The translations under genes and the position numbers were made by a program. Below are positions 62,701-64,000 of a stretch of DNA of 64,000 nt, in pieces; within the stretch, counting starts at the first letter, position 1, and every line of letters begins with the position of its first letter. The stretch lies in assembly GCA_016748015.1 (NCBI GenBank), contig JAAOMT010000294.1, positions 226,541 to 290,540 on the forward strand, read 5' to 3'. Source of the DNA: Geosiphon pyriformis uo1 (Eukaryota > Fungi > Glomeromycota). The notes below the pieces were generated by a model. It saw only the letters and a program-made list of their open reading frames with translations. It was not told where the DNA came from and searched no databases.

Positions 62701-64000
62701 AAATAATAATACACTAGTATAATTCTATGTCTTATATTAATATTTTTAGAATTTAATATTAAATATTAGATATACTTTTCAGTTATGTTTTATTTAATAA
62801 TCTTCAAATACTATAATTATATAAATCAGAAAAAAGATAAGTAAATGTCAACAAGTAATTTTTTATTTTAAAATATTTAGATGCTTAAAGATAAAAAAAA
62901 GAAATAAGTGATATAAAAAAAATTAATATAATAGTTATTATTTTATTTATTTTTAATTATTTGTTATATTGATATTTTCTACAGCTAAAAAACTTATTAC
63001 TTATATAATTATTAAAAGTGGTCAATAATCAAGTTAATAATCAAGTCATTAATCAGGTTAATAATTACTATCTAAAAATAAGATGGCTAATTATATAATA
63101 TTAGTAACTAATACATATAATAACTAATAAAAACTAGAGTTTCAACCATAACATTATTTTTTTTAAAAAGATTGAGCTCTGACAAAATCAAGCTATTTAT
63201 AGAATAATTTATTTAAAAGGTTTTGTCTAACTCAAAACTAACTAGTTTATTGAAGTTTTTTGTAGATAAAGTATATAATAATTAAGATAAAATAAGTTTT
63301 ATATCCAAAAAACCAAATTTTTATATAAGAGTTTTGGTTCTTTTAGCAATGATTAAAATTCTTGAGATATCTAATCATATAATATTCAAAATTTCTATCT
63401 GTATTTTTAAAGTTTTTTTTTCAAAAGCTTTATGTTTTTTATATTTTTACTAGGATAACCATAAAGCTTTAATTGTTTTCTATATGACAAGTTTTTGTCT
63501 ATAGACAAAATTTCTAAGATTGTTTTTCCAATTGTGATAGAAAATAAAAATATTGCTGCTATTATGCTTTCTAGCAGATATTTATCCATTTTGCTATTAA
63601 TTTTTTTTCTTTTGGTAGTTGTTTTCTTTGGTCTAATAACAGTATATATTCTATTGTTATTAGTTATAATAATCTATTTTCTAATAGTTAAAGTAATATT
63701 TGGATAATTTTTAATCTAATACTCATAGAAAATATAAAAAGCATTTTAAATGTTTTGATCCAAAAAATAATTGTCTATATCAATTAAAGATATTTTTGTT
63801 TTAAAAATGGTGCATTTATTTATATCTAATTTTTGTTGATTATTTAGATCAGTATTATTACAACAAATTACCAATTAAGTTATTTGTGATATTTTTTGAG
63901 TTGTATACCATAAATAGAGCAATTATTAAAAATTGTTTTATATTAATCTTGTAAAATATATAAAATATTATTCAAAACTTTGTTGATTATAAAGAGTTTT
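59800..64000. mobile_element. Strongly eroded repeat-derived DNA, probably further LINE fragments
   Basis: Nearly CpG-free, very AT-rich and strand-skewed like the neighbouring LINE relics. No intact motif could be read with confidence. Confidence 0.35.

Overview
Eukaryotic (fungal) genomic DNA. The gene set, the short GT-AG introns and the transposon style point to an early-diverging fungus, probably Glomeromycotina/Mucoromycota (inference only). The window has three compartments. (1) 1 to ~21.3 kb: nested, heavily mutated retroelements, namely two related Ty3/Gypsy copies (one inserted in the other's LTR), an RNase H-bearing LINE, and LTR fragments of a second Gypsy family. (2) ~21.4-41.4 kb: a CpG-retaining gene island with tRNA-Ile(AAT), a CreC/WDR20-like WD40 gene, SUB2/UAP56, an Integrator subunit 3 homologue, an ER cyclophilin ending in HNEL, and SEY1. 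(3) ~41.5-64 kb: a full-length 9.85 kb Gypsy element (982 bp LTRs, 4 bp TSD, PBS, PPT) inserted into a LINE, plus more degraded repeats. The Gypsy elements carry a Cys-rich domain, a dUTPase and an extra 3' ORF. Repeats show near-pure C>T/G>A hypermutation, including at non-CpG sites (RIP-like). The most striking unexplained structure is SUB2 intron 1: a long-range duplex around a candidate poison exon, plus two hairpins with complementary loops, one of which buries the branch point. SUB2 intron 2 hosts a box C/D snoRNA candidate. All alignments, folds and counts were done by eye; boundaries of degraded repeats are approximate.
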